From assembly GCF_048593235.1 (NCBI RefSeq), contig NC_133619.1, forward strand, positions 322,414,454-322,478,453: a DNA stretch of 64,000 nucleotides, read 5' to 3'. Made by a program: the position numbers and the translations under genes. The stretch is from Sminthopsis crassicaudata. Taxonomy: Eukaryota. This document shows positions 63,530 through 64,000 of the stretch, in pieces. The notes below the pieces were generated by a model. The model did not search any database, had not been told where the DNA came from, and worked only from the letters and a program-made list of their open reading frames with translations. Within the stretch, counting starts at the first letter, position 1; each line of letters opens with the position of its first letter.

Positions 63530-64000
63530 TGAAAAATGGGAAAACTGGGACACTGATGCATTGTTGGTGGAGTTGTGAAAGAATCCGGCCATTCTGGAGA
63601 GCAATTTGGAACTATGCCCAAATAGTTATCAAACTGTGCATACCCTTTAATCAAGCAATGCTACTACTGGGCTTATATCCCAAGGAAATACTAAAGAAGG
63701 GAAAGGGACCTGTATGTGCCAAAATGTGGCAGCCCTTTTTGTAATGGCTAGAAACTGGAAAATAAATGGATGCCCATCAATTGGAGAATGGTTGGGTAAA
63801 TTGTGGTATAATAATGTTATGGAATATTATTGTTCTGTAAGAAATGACCAGCAGGATGAATACAGAGAGGCTTGGAGTGACTTACATAAAATGATGCTGA
63901 GTGAAATGAGCAGAATCAGGAGATCATTATACACTTCAACAACAATACTGTATGAAGATGTATTCTGATTGAAGTGGATATCTTCAACATAGAGAAGATC
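63530..64000 (+). mobile_element. Young L1 3' fragment running off the window
   Basis: ORFs 63529-63744 and 63714-63968 are frameshifted L1 ORF2 C-terminus, nearly identical to 51240-51700. Confidence 0.93.

Noticed and set aside
1-64000. miRNA, tRNA, snRNA, rRNA, NUMT, CRISPR or endogenous viral sequence
   Set aside because: I saw no match to the conserved miRNAs, U1/U6 or tRNA genes I checked from memory; the tRNA-like boxes belong to SINE heads. There are no regularly spaced repeats and no viral or mitochondrial ORFs. An Infernal/Rfam scan and tBLASTx would be needed to exclude diverged cases.

Overview
This is AT-rich, repeat-dense mammalian DNA. The repeat set (MAR1 and WSINE1-type SINEs, marsupial L1 3' ends, an RTE LINE, a Tigger-type MITE) points to a marsupial, probably a dasyurid such as the Tasmanian devil; this is inferred, not searched. 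I cannot recognise any host protein-coding gene. The recognisable ORF-track proteins (51063-51512, 63529-63968) are L1 ORF2 remnants, and the other ORFs look like microsatellite read-throughs or chance. The window reads as intronic or intergenic DNA from a large locus. It holds many old MIR/L2/L3 copies, a nested L1 complex at 47.3-53.5 kb, two L1s with exact target-site duplications, a degenerate full-length 7SL retrocopy, an RTE fragment, DNA-transposon fossils and two assembly gaps. The most interesting non-repeat signals are: (i) repeat-poor islands with enhancer-like motif clusters (10.8-11.9, 27.3-27.6, 39.4-39.8 and 58.4-60.7 kb); (ii) a series of small minus-strand exon-like units with good splice sites, including an 8-nt microexon candidate in phase with an upstream CCAAT/ATG/donor unit; and (iii) a plus-strand L1 bias consistent with a minus-strand host transcript. 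The exon candidates do not chain into a long ORF, and similar pseudo-exons exist on the plus strand, so they are hypotheses only. Repeat boundaries are approximate unless a TSD or TIR is quoted, and family names come from recalled consensus sequences.
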